From IMG/VR virus record IMGVR_UViG_3300029133_000019, positions 1 to 40,932 of that record: a DNA stretch of 40,932 bases; one strand, 5' to 3'. The notes under the pieces are model-generated. The model made no database searches. It was not told the DNA's origin and saw only the letters and a program-made list of their open reading frames with translations. The DNA is from a virus. Position numbers and translations under genes: made by a program. Shown here piece after piece: positions 7,257 to 16,045 of the stretch. How positions within the stretch are numbered: the stretch's first letter is position 1; each line of letters begins with the position of its first letter.

Positions 7257-8433
7257 ATTCGCAAGGTACGGTAATCACCGATGGAATTTCAAGGGCGGCG
7301 CGACCAGAAGCGGGAAAACATATCTTGATTTCAAATGGATTATTCCCATGCGGATTCGAGAACGAGCCGGGAAAGATGGGCTTTCCGTTATTTTGGGCGT
7401 TACAAAATCCACAATAGAGCGAAATGTGCTAGAACCTATGCGGAATCTGTACGGCGATAAACTTGTTGGGGCGATTTCCAGCGATAATACGGCGTGGATT
7501 TTTGGAGAGAAATGCTATTGCCTTGGCGCGGAAAAAGTGTCTCAGGTATCGAAGATTCGCGGCGCGTCCATCAAGTATTGCTACGGCGACGAGGTCGCGG
7601 ACTGGTCGGAGGAAGTTTTTGCCCTCCTGAAAAGCCGGCTTGATAAGGAGTATTCCTGCTTCGATGGCACATACAATCCACAGTATCCCAACCACTGGCT
7701 AAAGAGATTCCTTGATAGTGATGCCGATATTTTCAGCCAAGAATACACAATAGACGATAATCCATTTTTACCCCCCGCTTTTGTTGAAAATCTGAAAAAA
7801 GAATATGCCGGAACGGTGTTCTATGATAGGTACATTCTGGGGAAATGGACGCTGGCAGAGGGGCTTATATACGATTTTTCCGAAGCGAATATCACGGATG
7901 AAGTGCCGGAATTCGCGGACTATTACATAAGCATTGACTACGGCACCCTAAACCCGTTTTCATGTGGCTTGTGGGCGGTAGATGGCAACAAGGCGGTAAG
8001 AATCAAAGAGTATTACTACGATGGAAGAGCCAACTATAAGCAGCTCACAGACGAGGAATATTGCGATGCTGTGGAGCGCCTGACGGACGGCTACGAAATC
8101 AAGAGGGCGATTATTGACCCTTCGGCAGCGTCTTTCATTACCGCCCTGAAACGCCGTGGATTCCGCGTCCAGCAGGCGGACAATGCCGTTCTTGATGGCA
8201 TTCGGCGCACGGCGGTATATCTCAAGAATGGGAATATAAAAATTCATCGGTGCTGCACGGACGCTATAAGAGAGTTTGGGCTGTACCGATGGGACGATAA
8301 GAAAACGGAGGACGCCGTCGTGAAGGACAACGATCATGTTATGGATGATATCAGGTACTTTTGCAGCACCATCATGAAATACAAAGTGGAGAAGAAAAAC
8401 GAGATTTCACCCGCGGCCGCGTTGCTGTTGTGA
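7231..8433 (+). CDS. terL: Terminase large subunit (PBSX/Terminase_3-like)
   Basis: Walker A motif GGATRSGKT. Walker B-like YGDEVADW. C-terminal nuclease-like DHVMDDIRY. Length is 400 aa. Confidence 0.9.
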   Translation: MLLSPKQIEFARYGNHRWNFKGGATRSGKTYLDFKWIIPMRIRERAGKDGLSVILGVTKSTIERNVLEPMRNLYGDKLVGAISSDNTAWIFGEKCYCLGAEKVSQVSKIRGASIKYCYGDEVADWSEEVFALLKSRLDKEYSCFDGTYNPQYPNHWLKRFLDSDADIFSQEYTIDDNPFLPPAFVENLKKEYAGTVFYDRYILGKWTLAEGLIYDFSEANITDEVPEFADYYISIDYGTLNPFSCGLWAVDGNKAVRIKEYYYDGRANYKQLTDEEYCDAVERLTDGYEIKRAIIDPSAASFITALKRRGFRVQQADNAVLDGIRRTAVYLKNGNIKIHRCCTDAIREFGLYRWDDKKTEDAVVKDNDHVMDDIRYFCSTIMKYKVEKKNEISPAAALLL

Positions 8434-8465
8434 TTTTTTGAGATTTCTGCTATTGGAGAAAATGC

Positions 8466-9833
8466 ATGAAGATTTATCAAGATTTGGAAGAAGCCATTGC
8501 AAAGGGAACTACCGGGAAATTCATACGTGATGCAGTGCGGGAGCACCAGAGCAGCAAGGCGTGCAAAGACGCCGCTGACGGTATGGCGTACTATAATAAG
8601 CACAATATCACCATTGAGAAATTCCAGAAGTTCCTTTTTACCTTATCCGGGAACAAAACTCCTGATATTTGGAGCAGCGACTACCGGCTTAAAACACTAA
8701 CGTTTCGGCGGCTTGTGACGCAGGAAGTGGGCTACGTTTGCGCTAATGGCGTAAGCATGGACGAAAAAGAAAAGCTTGGTGCAGATTTTGATATTAAGCT
8801 TCAAGCGGCGGCAAAATTGGCGCTGGCGCAGGGCGTTTCCTATGGCTATTGGAATCTCGATCATCTGGAAGTGTTCTCGTTCGCCGATACTCCCGGGAAT
8901 CCGGGATTCGTTCCGCTGCTGGATGAAAAAACGTCTGAGCTGATGGCCGGTATCCGGTACTGGTTCCGTGAAACTGGCCAGAAAACAGTTTTCCGGGCTA
9001 CGCTTTACGAGCTGGACGGCGTTAGCGAATGGAGCGCAGAGGGAAGCGACGATGCGCACCTGATTGCAAATAAACGCGCGTATATCCACAAGGAACTGCG
9101 CAACGCCTTGGGCGTTGTGGATGTCTGCGACGAGAATTATACCCGCCTGCCTATTGCTGTGCTGTATGGAAACGATACCCACGAAAGCGAACTCGTTGGG
9201 TTGCGTGGCTCCATCGACTGCTATGATTTCATCAAATCCGGGTTCGCCAACCAAATCGACGATACCAGCGGAATTTACTGGATTCTGCACAATACCGGTG
9301 CTATGGATGATAAGGATTTAGCTCAGTTCATTCAGAGAATGAAGAGCGTAAAGGCCAATGTGGTAGATAGCGCCGATGGAACAGCAGCAGAGGCTCACAC
9401 CCTTGATGTTCCCGTAGAAGCCCGAAAAACCATGCTGGATATCTTGCGGCGTGACCTGTATGAAGATGCCCAGATGCTTGACGTTACAGCTTTGGCGGGC
9501 GCTGAGAAAACGGCTACAGAGATTTCGGCGGCGTATCAGCCGCAGGACAACAAATGCGCCGATTTCGAGTATTTCCTGATAGATTTCATTCGGCAGATTT
9601 GCGCTGTTGCTGGCATCGGCAATCCACAGCCGGAATTTACGTGGAACAAGGTAATAAATCGCACCGAGGAAACAAATATGGTGCTTTCGGCGGCTGCGTT
9701 CCTTGATGAAGAAACGGTTCTGAAACACCTCCCGTTTCTTTTGCCGGAGGAAGTGCCGGAAATCCTGAAAAGGAAAGCGGACGCTGACATAAATACGGTT
9801 TACGGCGGTGATGAGGATGGCCAGACCGAATGA
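8466..9833 (+). CDS. Portal protein (SPP1 gp6-like)
   Basis: A 455-aa protein immediately after terL and before the MuF-family gene. The acidic C-terminus fits a portal. Confidence 0.8.
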   Translation: MKIYQDLEEAIAKGTTGKFIRDAVREHQSSKACKDAADGMAYYNKHNITIEKFQKFLFTLSGNKTPDIWSSDYRLKTLTFRRLVTQEVGYVCANGVSMDEKEKLGADFDIKLQAAAKLALAQGVSYGYWNLDHLEVFSFADTPGNPGFVPLLDEKTSELMAGIRYWFRETGQKTVFRATLYELDGVSEWSAEGSDDAHLIANKRAYIHKELRNALGVVDVCDENYTRLPIAVLYGNDTHESELVGLRGSIDCYDFIKSGFANQIDDTSGIYWILHNTGAMDDKDLAQFIQRMKSVKANVVDSADGTAAEAHTLDVPVEARKTMLDILRRDLYEDAQMLDVTALAGAEKTATEISAAYQPQDNKCADFEYFLIDFIRQICAVAGIGNPQPEFTWNKVINRTEETNMVLSAAAFLDEETVLKHLPFLLPEEVPEILKRKADADINTVYGGDEDGQTE

Positions 9834-11355
9834 AGCCGATAGAGGAACCGATAGGGCGCTTGCCGATCTGGAACGCCGCATTAACTCCGTATATTCTCAG
9901 GCGGCCAAAGAACTGCAAGAGGAAATAGATGCTTTTTTCAAGCATTTTGCCGATCAGGATAAGAAGATGCAGGACTTGATAGGCCAGAAGCGCAACGGTA
10001 AGGAGTGGACTGAAAAGGACTACCAACAATGGCGACTGAACCAGATGGGGCGCGGGGCACGGTTAGAAGCGCTTCGGGACAAGCTGGCCGAACGTGCGAC
10101 GGAAGCAAAAGAGGTGGCGCTTGCGTATGTGAACGACGCTACGCCTGGAATCTACTCCCTGAATCGGAATTACACCGCCTATACCATTGAGAGCGTTCAC
10201 CCGAGTGCGGATTTTACGCTTTTTGACGAGCAGACCGTAAAGCGCTTAATTGTGGAGCAGCCGGACGTAATGCCATACTACCCCGAAAGGCTTGCGCTAA
10301 AGCGGGGCATTGATTTGGCTTTTGGCAAGCAGCAGATTACAGCAAGCATTACAGGCTCCATCTTGCAAGGCAGAAGCATCAAGCAGATATCCGATGATTT
10401 GCAGTCCAGAATCGTCACAATGAGCCGTGTAAGCGCCATTCGAGCGGCAAGAACGGCAGTTACCGCCGCACAGAACGCCGGGAGAATGGACAGCTACGCC
10501 GCCGCTGACGAAATGTGGGGCATTAAATCCAGGAAAAAGTGGGTAGCCACAAAGGATTTGCGCACCCGCCACGATCACGGTATGGCAGACAATCAGATTG
10601 TGGACTACGATCAGCCGTTCGACGTTGGCGGATACAAAATGATGTTTCCCGGTGATGGTTCGTTGGGAGCGCCGGGACATGAGCTGTATAATTGCCGCTG
10701 CACGGTTGTGAATGCCACTGACGACGATCTGGAAGCGGAACGCCACATGATGCGCGTGAAGAACCCAGAAACCGGGGAATATGAGCTTGTAAAGAAAAAA
10801 TCGTACAAAGAATGGTACGACGAAAAGAAAGCACAGTATCCTCCGGAAAAATGGGCGGGCATGGTGAAAGCTGGTAAAAACTATCAGGCCGACAAACGGC
10901 AATATGCTGATTTTGTAAATGTTTTGGGGAATAAAGCCCCGAAAACGTTTGCAAAGTTCCAAGATTTGAAGTATAATAATATTGATGGGTGGGAGACGCT
11001 CAAAACAACGAAACGGCAGACCGATGTTGTAAAGAATGCTGAGTGTATAACTACTCCGAAGAAATACACGGAATATTTCTTGAAAGATGGGGCAAAGCAC
11101 GCCGACCAGTTCTTCGATGCTGGCTACACAGCAGATAATCCGCTTAGGCTGCGATATGATATGGCAAGGCAGTTTGATATGAGCAAAGCTGTGGAGTTCA
11201 GGGAATTGGGCGGTGGGGCAACTAAATTTAACATCTACATGGAGCTGGGAGTTACAAAAAAGCGATCTTTTGTTACTGGGTGGATACAGGATACGCCGGA
11301 TAGCAAACCGAGAATTGTAACCAGTTTTAGAAAAAATAGAGGTGGAGAAGCATGA
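9808..11355 (+). CDS. Head morphogenesis / minor capsid protein (SPP1 gp7 / Mu F family) with DUF6883-like C-terminal extension
   Basis: The MuF core ends at ...DHGMADNQIVDYDQPF...PGHELYNCRCTV. About 200 extra residues follow, ending in KYTEYFLKDGAKHADQFFDAGYT...FNIYMELG...SFVTGWIQD...PRIVTSF. The exact start (9808 or 9817) is uncertain. Confidence 0.8.
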   Translation: MMRMARPNEADRGTDRALADLERRINSVYSQAAKELQEEIDAFFKHFADQDKKMQDLIGQKRNGKEWTEKDYQQWRLNQMGRGARLEALRDKLAERATEAKEVALAYVNDATPGIYSLNRNYTAYTIESVHPSADFTLFDEQTVKRLIVEQPDVMPYYPERLALKRGIDLAFGKQQITASITGSILQGRSIKQISDDLQSRIVTMSRVSAIRAARTAVTAAQNAGRMDSYAAADEMWGIKSRKKWVATKDLRTRHDHGMADNQIVDYDQPFDVGGYKMMFPGDGSLGAPGHELYNCRCTVVNATDDDLEAERHMMRVKNPETGEYELVKKKSYKEWYDEKKAQYPPEKWAGMVKAGKNYQADKRQYADFVNVLGNKAPKTFAKFQDLKYNNIDGWETLKTTKRQTDVVKNAECITTPKKYTEYFLKDGAKHADQFFDAGYTADNPLRLRYDMARQFDMSKAVEFRELGGGATKFNIYMELGVTKKRSFVTGWIQDTPDSKPRIVTSFRKNRGGEA

Positions 11356-11513
11356 TTAAAGAATACGACCATGTAAAAGTCATCAAGACAGGCGACGCAG
11401 GAATTGTCGTCGATATTCGTGATACTGGTGGCATTTTCTACCTTGTAGAACTGGACAAAAACAACGAACTATTGGACTGCAAGAGGGAAGATATAGAAAA
11501 GCTTGGCAATTAG
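11352..11513 (+). CDS. DUF4926-like small protein (53 aa; candidate immunity/antitoxin partner)
   Basis: An ATGA overlap joins it to the MuF stop. Hand translation gives MIKEYDHVKVIKTGDAGIVVDIRDTGGIFYLVELDKNNELLDCKREDIEKLGN, an SH3-like pattern. It is below the ORF-track cutoff. Confidence 0.5.
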   Translation: MIKEYDHVKVIKTGDAGIVVDIRDTGGIFYLVELDKNNELLDCKREDIEKLGN

Positions 11514-11530
11514 AATATGGCAAGGACTGA

Positions 11531-11565
11531 AAGCACTGTGCAAAAATGCATGGTGCTTTTTCTAT
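11531..11565 (+). terminator. Rho-independent terminator
   Basis: An 11-bp stem AGCACTGTGCA/TGCATGGTGCT (two G-U pairs) with loop AAAA is followed by TTTTTCT. Confidence 0.6.
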
Positions 11566-11688
11566 GCCCAAATCTTCCAACCGGATAAAAAAGAAGCGGG
11601 CTGGAACCCCCGCTTGTGGCGGATTATGCGTATGCGCCGCCACGAACCGCACAAGACCGGCTCTGGAAGAAGCAGAAAAGGAGGGAAA

Positions 11689-12093
11689 ATGAGCGTTACC
11701 TTTGTGGATAACTCTGACGAAATCCTCCGCGCCCTTGGTGAAGCGTGTGAGCGCGGGTTGGAACGCTGCGGAGAAAAAGCTGTAGAATATGCCAAGGATT
11801 TATGCCCCGTTGATACTGGGAATTTGCGCAACAGCATTACACATACCGTGGAGGATGGGAAGAAAGCCATTGTTGGAACTCCTACCGAATACGCCATTTA
11901 CCAGGAAATGGGAACGGGCAAATACGCCGAGGGAGGCGGAGGCCGTCCTACGCCGTGGAAATACCAGGACGCGCAGGGAATCTGGCATTGGACAGCTGGC
12001 AATCGGGCGCACCCGTTTATTAAGCCGTCAATCGCCGATCATCAGGAAACGTACAAGAATATTCTGAAAGACGAACTCAGCAAAGGAGATTGA
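11689..12093 (+). CDS. HK97 gp10-family head-tail joining protein (in an unusual position)
   Basis: A GGAGGGAAA RBS is present. The motif CPVDTGNLRNSITH is characteristic of the HK97 gp10 family. Confidence 0.65.
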   Translation: MSVTFVDNSDEILRALGEACERGLERCGEKAVEYAKDLCPVDTGNLRNSITHTVEDGKKAIVGTPTEYAIYQEMGTGKYAEGGGGRPTPWKYQDAQGIWHWTAGNRAHPFIKPSIADHQETYKNILKDELSKGD

Positions 12094-12099
12094 CAGGGC

Positions 12100-12441
12100 G
12101 TGGTTACCAGAAAAATAAATATGCTTGGGGCTGAATACACACTTTCCGTCTGCTGTGAAGACGAAGATTCGCGGCTGGCAGAATGTGATGGGTTTTGCGA
12201 CGAAACCAGCAAAGAACTGGTTGTGGATAGCTATAGTAAGCACGTCGGAGACCGAACTTGTAAGAAAAACTTACAAGTTCAGATTAGAAAGAACAAGCGG
12301 CATGAGATCATTCACGCATTCCTATTTGAAAGTGGCCTTGCGGAAAACTCCGAATGGGCACAAAACGAGGAAATGGTAGATTTTTTCGCTATCCAGTTTC
12401 CCAAATTTATGGAAGCGTTCAAAAACGCTGACGCGATTTGA
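12100..12441 (+). CDS. Small HExxH-motif protein (putative zinc metallopeptidase-like)
   Basis: GTG start lies 11 nt after AAGGAG. The motif HEIIHAFLFESG is a HExxH followed by E. Confidence 0.5.
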   Translation: MVTRKINMLGAEYTLSVCCEDEDSRLAECDGFCDETSKELVVDSYSKHVGDRTCKKNLQVQIRKNKRHEIIHAFLFESGLAENSEWAQNEEMVDFFAIQFPKFMEAFKNADAI

Positions 12442-12575
12442 GGGGCGATACAGTACGTAGATTTTGCGTGCTGTTCGGCCTTTTTTGTTTATTTCGGTAA
12501 AACCCGCGAAGTATAGCGGCTTTTATATCACAGTCGTCCCCGAAGAATAGGGGCGAAGAAAGGAAGACTGAAACA

Positions 12576-13190
12576 ATGGCATTAACTCGCAAACTTTTGA
12601 AGGGGATGGGTCTTACCGACGAACAGGTGGACACCATCATTGAAGCACACACCGATACCGTGGACGGCCTGAAAGCCGATATCGGGAGGTACAAGGCCGA
12701 CGCTGAGAAACTTCCTGGCATTCAAAAGGAATTGGATGACCTGAAAAAGGACGACGCTGACGGCGGCTACAAGGCCAAGTACGAGAAGGAAAAGAAAGAC
12801 TTTCAGGATTTCAAAGACGGAGTTGCCGCTAAGGAGAGCGCCGCCGCCAAGGAAAAGGCCGCGCGGGCGTACTTCCAAAGCAAGGGCATTCCCGCCGAGA
12901 GCATGGGGCTGGTAATCCGTGGAGCCAAAGCTGAAATTGATGGCCTGAAACTGGACGGCGAAAGTATCAAAGATACCGCCGCACTGGATGGGCTGCTTTC
13001 CGGCGATTACAAGGGCTTGATCGGCAAGACTACCACCACCGGCACCCAAACACAGACCCCGCCTGACACCTCTGGTGGCGCAAAGAGCCGCGCTGAAATC
13101 TACAAAAAGGATGATAAAGGCCGGTATATTTTGTCCACCGCTGAGAGACAGGCCGCGCTTGCTGAAAGCATGGCAAGCGAAAACAAATAA
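12576..13190 (+). CDS. Scaffolding protein (Phage_GP20-like)
   Basis: The protein is highly charged, with K/E/A-rich coiled-coil character. It lies directly upstream of the major capsid gene. Confidence 0.7.
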   Translation: MALTRKLLKGMGLTDEQVDTIIEAHTDTVDGLKADIGRYKADAEKLPGIQKELDDLKKDDADGGYKAKYEKEKKDFQDFKDGVAAKESAAAKEKAARAYFQSKGIPAESMGLVIRGAKAEIDGLKLDGESIKDTAALDGLLSGDYKGLIGKTTTTGTQTQTPPDTSGGAKSRAEIYKKDDKGRYILSTAERQAALAESMASENK

Positions 13191-13213
13191 CTTTTTTGAA
13201 AGGAGCTGTACAA

Positions 13214-14116
13214 ATGGCAGCAAAAACGAACGTAACTACAACTGCGCAGTACACGACTACCGCCCGTGAGGTGGACTTTGTAACCCGGTTCAATGATAAC
13301 TGGGACGCGCTGCGCACCATTCTGGGCATTACGCGGCCTATCCGCAAAGCCCCCGGCACTAAGTTGGTATCCTATAAGGCCGAAGTAGACGGCGGCCTGA
13401 AGGGCGGTTCTGCCGTAGCAGAAGGCGACGAGATTCCCTTTACCAAGATGAAGGTTTCCCCCGTCGCCTATGGCGACATCGAGGTGGCCAAGTACGCAAA
13501 GAGCGTTACCATCGAGAGCGTGGCCAAATACGGCGCAGAGGTCGCCGTAGAAAAGACGGACGACGCGTTCCTGGTTGCCCTGCAAAACAAGGTTTTGGGT
13601 GACTTCTACACTTTCCTGGCTACCGGCTCTCTGGCACTGACCCCCAAGACCTGGCAGCTGGCGCTTGCACAGGCCAAGGGCAAGGTGCTGGCGAAGTTCA
13701 TGGGCATGGACAAGGACGTGACCGAGGTTGTTGGTTTTGCCAACATCATGGATTTTTACGACTACCTGGGCGATAAGGAGATTACCACCCAGACCATGTT
13801 CGGCCTTACCTATGTCCAGAACTTCCTGGGCTACAACACCCTTTTCCTACTGCCTGACAAGTACGTCGCCGCCGGTAAGGTGATTGCAACCCCGGTTGAG
13901 AACATCGATCTGTACTACGTTGACCCGAGCGACAGCGACTTTGCCAAGCTGGGTCTGAACTACACCGTCAAGGGCGAAACGAACCTGATCGGCGTACACG
14001 TCGAGGGCGACTACTCCCGGGCTACCGGCGATATGTATGCCATCATGGGTATGAAGCTGTGGGCGGAGTACCTGGACGGCATCGCCGTTGCCACTGTCAC
14101 CCCGGCGGGGGGTTAA
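13214..14116 (+). CDS. Major capsid protein
   Basis: ATG 13214 lies 8 nt after AAAGGAG. The roughly 300-aa protein follows the scaffold gene. Strong codon bias suggests high expression. Confidence 0.8.
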   Translation: MAAKTNVTTTAQYTTTAREVDFVTRFNDNWDALRTILGITRPIRKAPGTKLVSYKAEVDGGLKGGSAVAEGDEIPFTKMKVSPVAYGDIEVAKYAKSVTIESVAKYGAEVAVEKTDDAFLVALQNKVLGDFYTFLATGSLALTPKTWQLALAQAKGKVLAKFMGMDKDVTEVVGFANIMDFYDYLGDKEITTQTMFGLTYVQNFLGYNTLFLLPDKYVAAGKVIATPVENIDLYYVDPSDSDFAKLGLNYTVKGETNLIGVHVEGDYSRATGDMYAIMGMKLWAEYLDGIAVATVTPAGG

Positions 14117-14169
14117 GGGCGGCTCTGACAGCTGACAAAACCGCACCGGAGACCGTGGACTTTGACGGA

Positions 14170-14274
14170 ATGACGAAAGCGCAGCTTTTGGAGTACGCCA
14201 AAGAAAACGGTATTTCCGGGGTCAGCGCCGCAATGAACAAAGCGGACATTCTGGCCGTTGTAAAGAGCCGGTAA
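14170..14274 (+). CDS. HeH/Rho_N-like 34-aa ORF, or the -1 frameshift extension of the capsid protein
   Basis: TKAQLLEYAKENGISGVSAAMNKADILAVV resembles a SAP/HeH (Rho N-terminal-like) motif. Its frame stays open back across the capsid stop. The RBS for an independent start is weak. Confidence 0.4.
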   Translation: MTKAQLLEYAKENGISGVSAAMNKADILAVVKSR

Positions 14275-14287
14275 AGGAGGGAATCAC

Positions 14288-14722
14288 ATGGGACATGCGG
14301 TAAGCCTGTATGAGCTGCTTGTGTACCTGCGTAATTTCTTCCCCGGCTTGCACTGGCAGTTTACCGGGGAGGAAATCACCGGGAACCGGATCGTTATTCC
14401 TGGCCTTGAAACCGGCGATTACTACCTGATCGAAGGAAGCCGGAGGAATAACGGGATTCACGTGTACGGGGATGCTGATTTGCGGAACGAAACTTATACC
14501 GGAATCGTTACGGAAATCTGCGTACCGCCGGAGGTGCTGGCAATTCTGGAAGAAATCAACACATGGCAGGAGAAGAACGCCGAGGCCGTACAAAGCCCGT
14601 ATCAAAGCGAATCTTTCGGGGGCTACTCGTACACAAAGGCAAGCAGTTCTTCCGGCTCTGGCGAAAGCACGAGCTGGAAAACGGTGTTTGCGCCGCGCTT
14701 ACGGATATGGAGGAAGATATGA
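14288..14722 (+). CDS. Putative head-tail connector/adaptor protein
   Basis: The call rests on position after the capsid gene. The C-terminal ...SESFGGYSY...W..F...L.IWRKI recurs in Firmicutes siphophage connector-region proteins. Confidence 0.4.
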   Translation: MGHAVSLYELLVYLRNFFPGLHWQFTGEEITGNRIVIPGLETGDYYLIEGSRRNNGIHVYGDADLRNETYTGIVTEICVPPEVLAILEEINTWQEKNAEAVQSPYQSESFGGYSYTKASSSSGSGESTSWKTVFAPRLRIWRKI

Positions 14723-15072
14723 GCTTGCTTGACTACTACCTGAATAACACGTGCGCACTGATGGAAAAGAAGCGCACCCCGGATGGTGAGGGCGGCTGGG
14801 CAACGGAATGGACACCGGGCGCGGAGTTCGACGCGGCTATTATTCTGGATACCTCCATGCAATCCAGAATCGCGGAGAAGGAGGGCGTTACCAGCGTGTA
14901 CACCATTACCACCCGCCGCGCGAATCCGCTTTCTTTTCATGATGTATTCAAGCGGCTTTCCGATGGCGCAATTTTCCGGGTGACGAGCAACGGGAGCGAT
15001 AAGCAAGCGCCCACGGTCGGCACTTTGGATATGTGCCAAGTCACCGCCGAGAAATGGGAGCTGACAAAATGA
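14719..15072 (+). CDS. Head closure / head-tail adaptor protein (SPP1 gp16-like)
   Basis: An ATGA overlap joins it to the upstream gene. Size and position are typical of this protein. Confidence 0.55.
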   Translation: MSLLDYYLNNTCALMEKKRTPDGEGGWATEWTPGAEFDAAIILDTSMQSRIAEKEGVTSVYTITTRRANPLSFHDVFKRLSDGAIFRVTSNGSDKQAPTVGTLDMCQVTAEKWELTK

Positions 15073-15437
15073 CGGCAACAGAAGCGCTCTACAAGTTTTT
15101 TTCCGGCTTTAATCTCCCCGCGTATCCGGATACAGCGGTACCGAGCGATACCGTAATGCCCTACCTAACCTATTCCGTCTCCATCGGCGGGTGGGGCGAT
15201 ATGGCGAACTCGCTGACGGTAAAACTGTGGTATCACACGGAGAAAGAGGCAGAGCCGAACGCCAAGGCAGAGGAAATTTCCCGCACGATAGGACGCGGAG
15301 GCGTTCAGCTGCCTTGTGATACCGGCACAGTTTGGCTTATGCGCGGTGAGCCGTGGTGCATCAATTCCACATTTGAATCAGATCAATCCATCAAATTGCG
15401 GCAACTGAACGTTGCCGCAATTTTCAATACCATATAG
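15069..15437 (+). CDS. Tail completion protein (DUF3168/gp17-like)
   Basis: An ATGA overlap joins it to the upstream gene. It lies immediately upstream of the major tail gene. Confidence 0.45.
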   Translation: MTATEALYKFFSGFNLPAYPDTAVPSDTVMPYLTYSVSIGGWGDMANSLTVKLWYHTEKEAEPNAKAEEISRTIGRGGVQLPCDTGTVWLMRGEPWCINSTFESDQSIKLRQLNVAAIFNTI

Positions 15438-15447
15438 GAGGAAATCA

Positions 15448-16035
15448 ATGAAATTTACACAGATTCCGCAGGATACCTTTAAGGAGCTTGTGCTGAATGC
15501 CGGTGTTCTGCTTTCGGCCTTTTCGCCTGATGCGGGGGAAGTGGCCGACGACGCCATTATTGGCGCTACCAGCGGCGGCATCAACTTTTCTGCCGTTCCC
15601 AGCTTTTCCGATTTCGGCGAGGATATCGATAACTGCCCCAAGAACACAATGGAGTTGAAACGGCTGGAAGGCTGGGAAGTGAAGCTCAGCGGCACTTTCG
15701 TATCCATGAACGCCGCTAACGCAAAAACGCTGGTGGCCGCCGCTGATGAAGCCGTCGGAAAAATCACGCCCAGAAACGATATTGACACCAAGGATTTCAA
15801 GGATATCTGGCTTGTGGCCGACTACTCCGATAAAAACGGCGCGAAAAAGGGCGGCTGTGTTGCAATTCATATGCTGAACGGCCTTTCTACTGGCGGTTTC
15901 CAGCTGAAAACCAATGACAGGAACAAAGGTCAGTTCGCATTTGAGTTTACCGGGCATTATTCCATCACGGCGCAGAATACGCCGCCCTTTGAGATTTACG
16001 TGAAGGCCGGAGAGGCCGAATCCGCTACGAAGTAG
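15448..16035 (+). CDS. Major tail protein
   Basis: AGGAGGAAA RBS is present. The 195-aa protein precedes the chaperone pair and the tape measure gene. Confidence 0.7.
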   Translation: MKFTQIPQDTFKELVLNAGVLLSAFSPDAGEVADDAIIGATSGGINFSAVPSFSDFGEDIDNCPKNTMELKRLEGWEVKLSGTFVSMNAANAKTLVAAADEAVGKITPRNDIDTKDFKDIWLVADYSDKNGAKKGGCVAIHMLNGLSTGGFQLKTNDRNKGQFAFEFTGHYSITAQNTPPFEIYVKAGEAESATK

Positions 16036-16045
16036 GAGGCTAAGC

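Noticed and set aside
10297-11100. 267-aa - strand ORF within the MuF gene. The same judgement applies to 15445..16263 and 24338..25099 opposite the tail and lysis genes.
   Set aside because: These are shadow ORFs with no RBS or motifs, and each + strand gene is well supported.
11503-11688. Upstream extension of the gp10-family ORF, and - strand ORF 11383..11652
   Set aside because: The region contains two hairpin terminator-like structures and no RBS. The gp10-like sequence begins at ATG 11689, after GGAGGGAAA.
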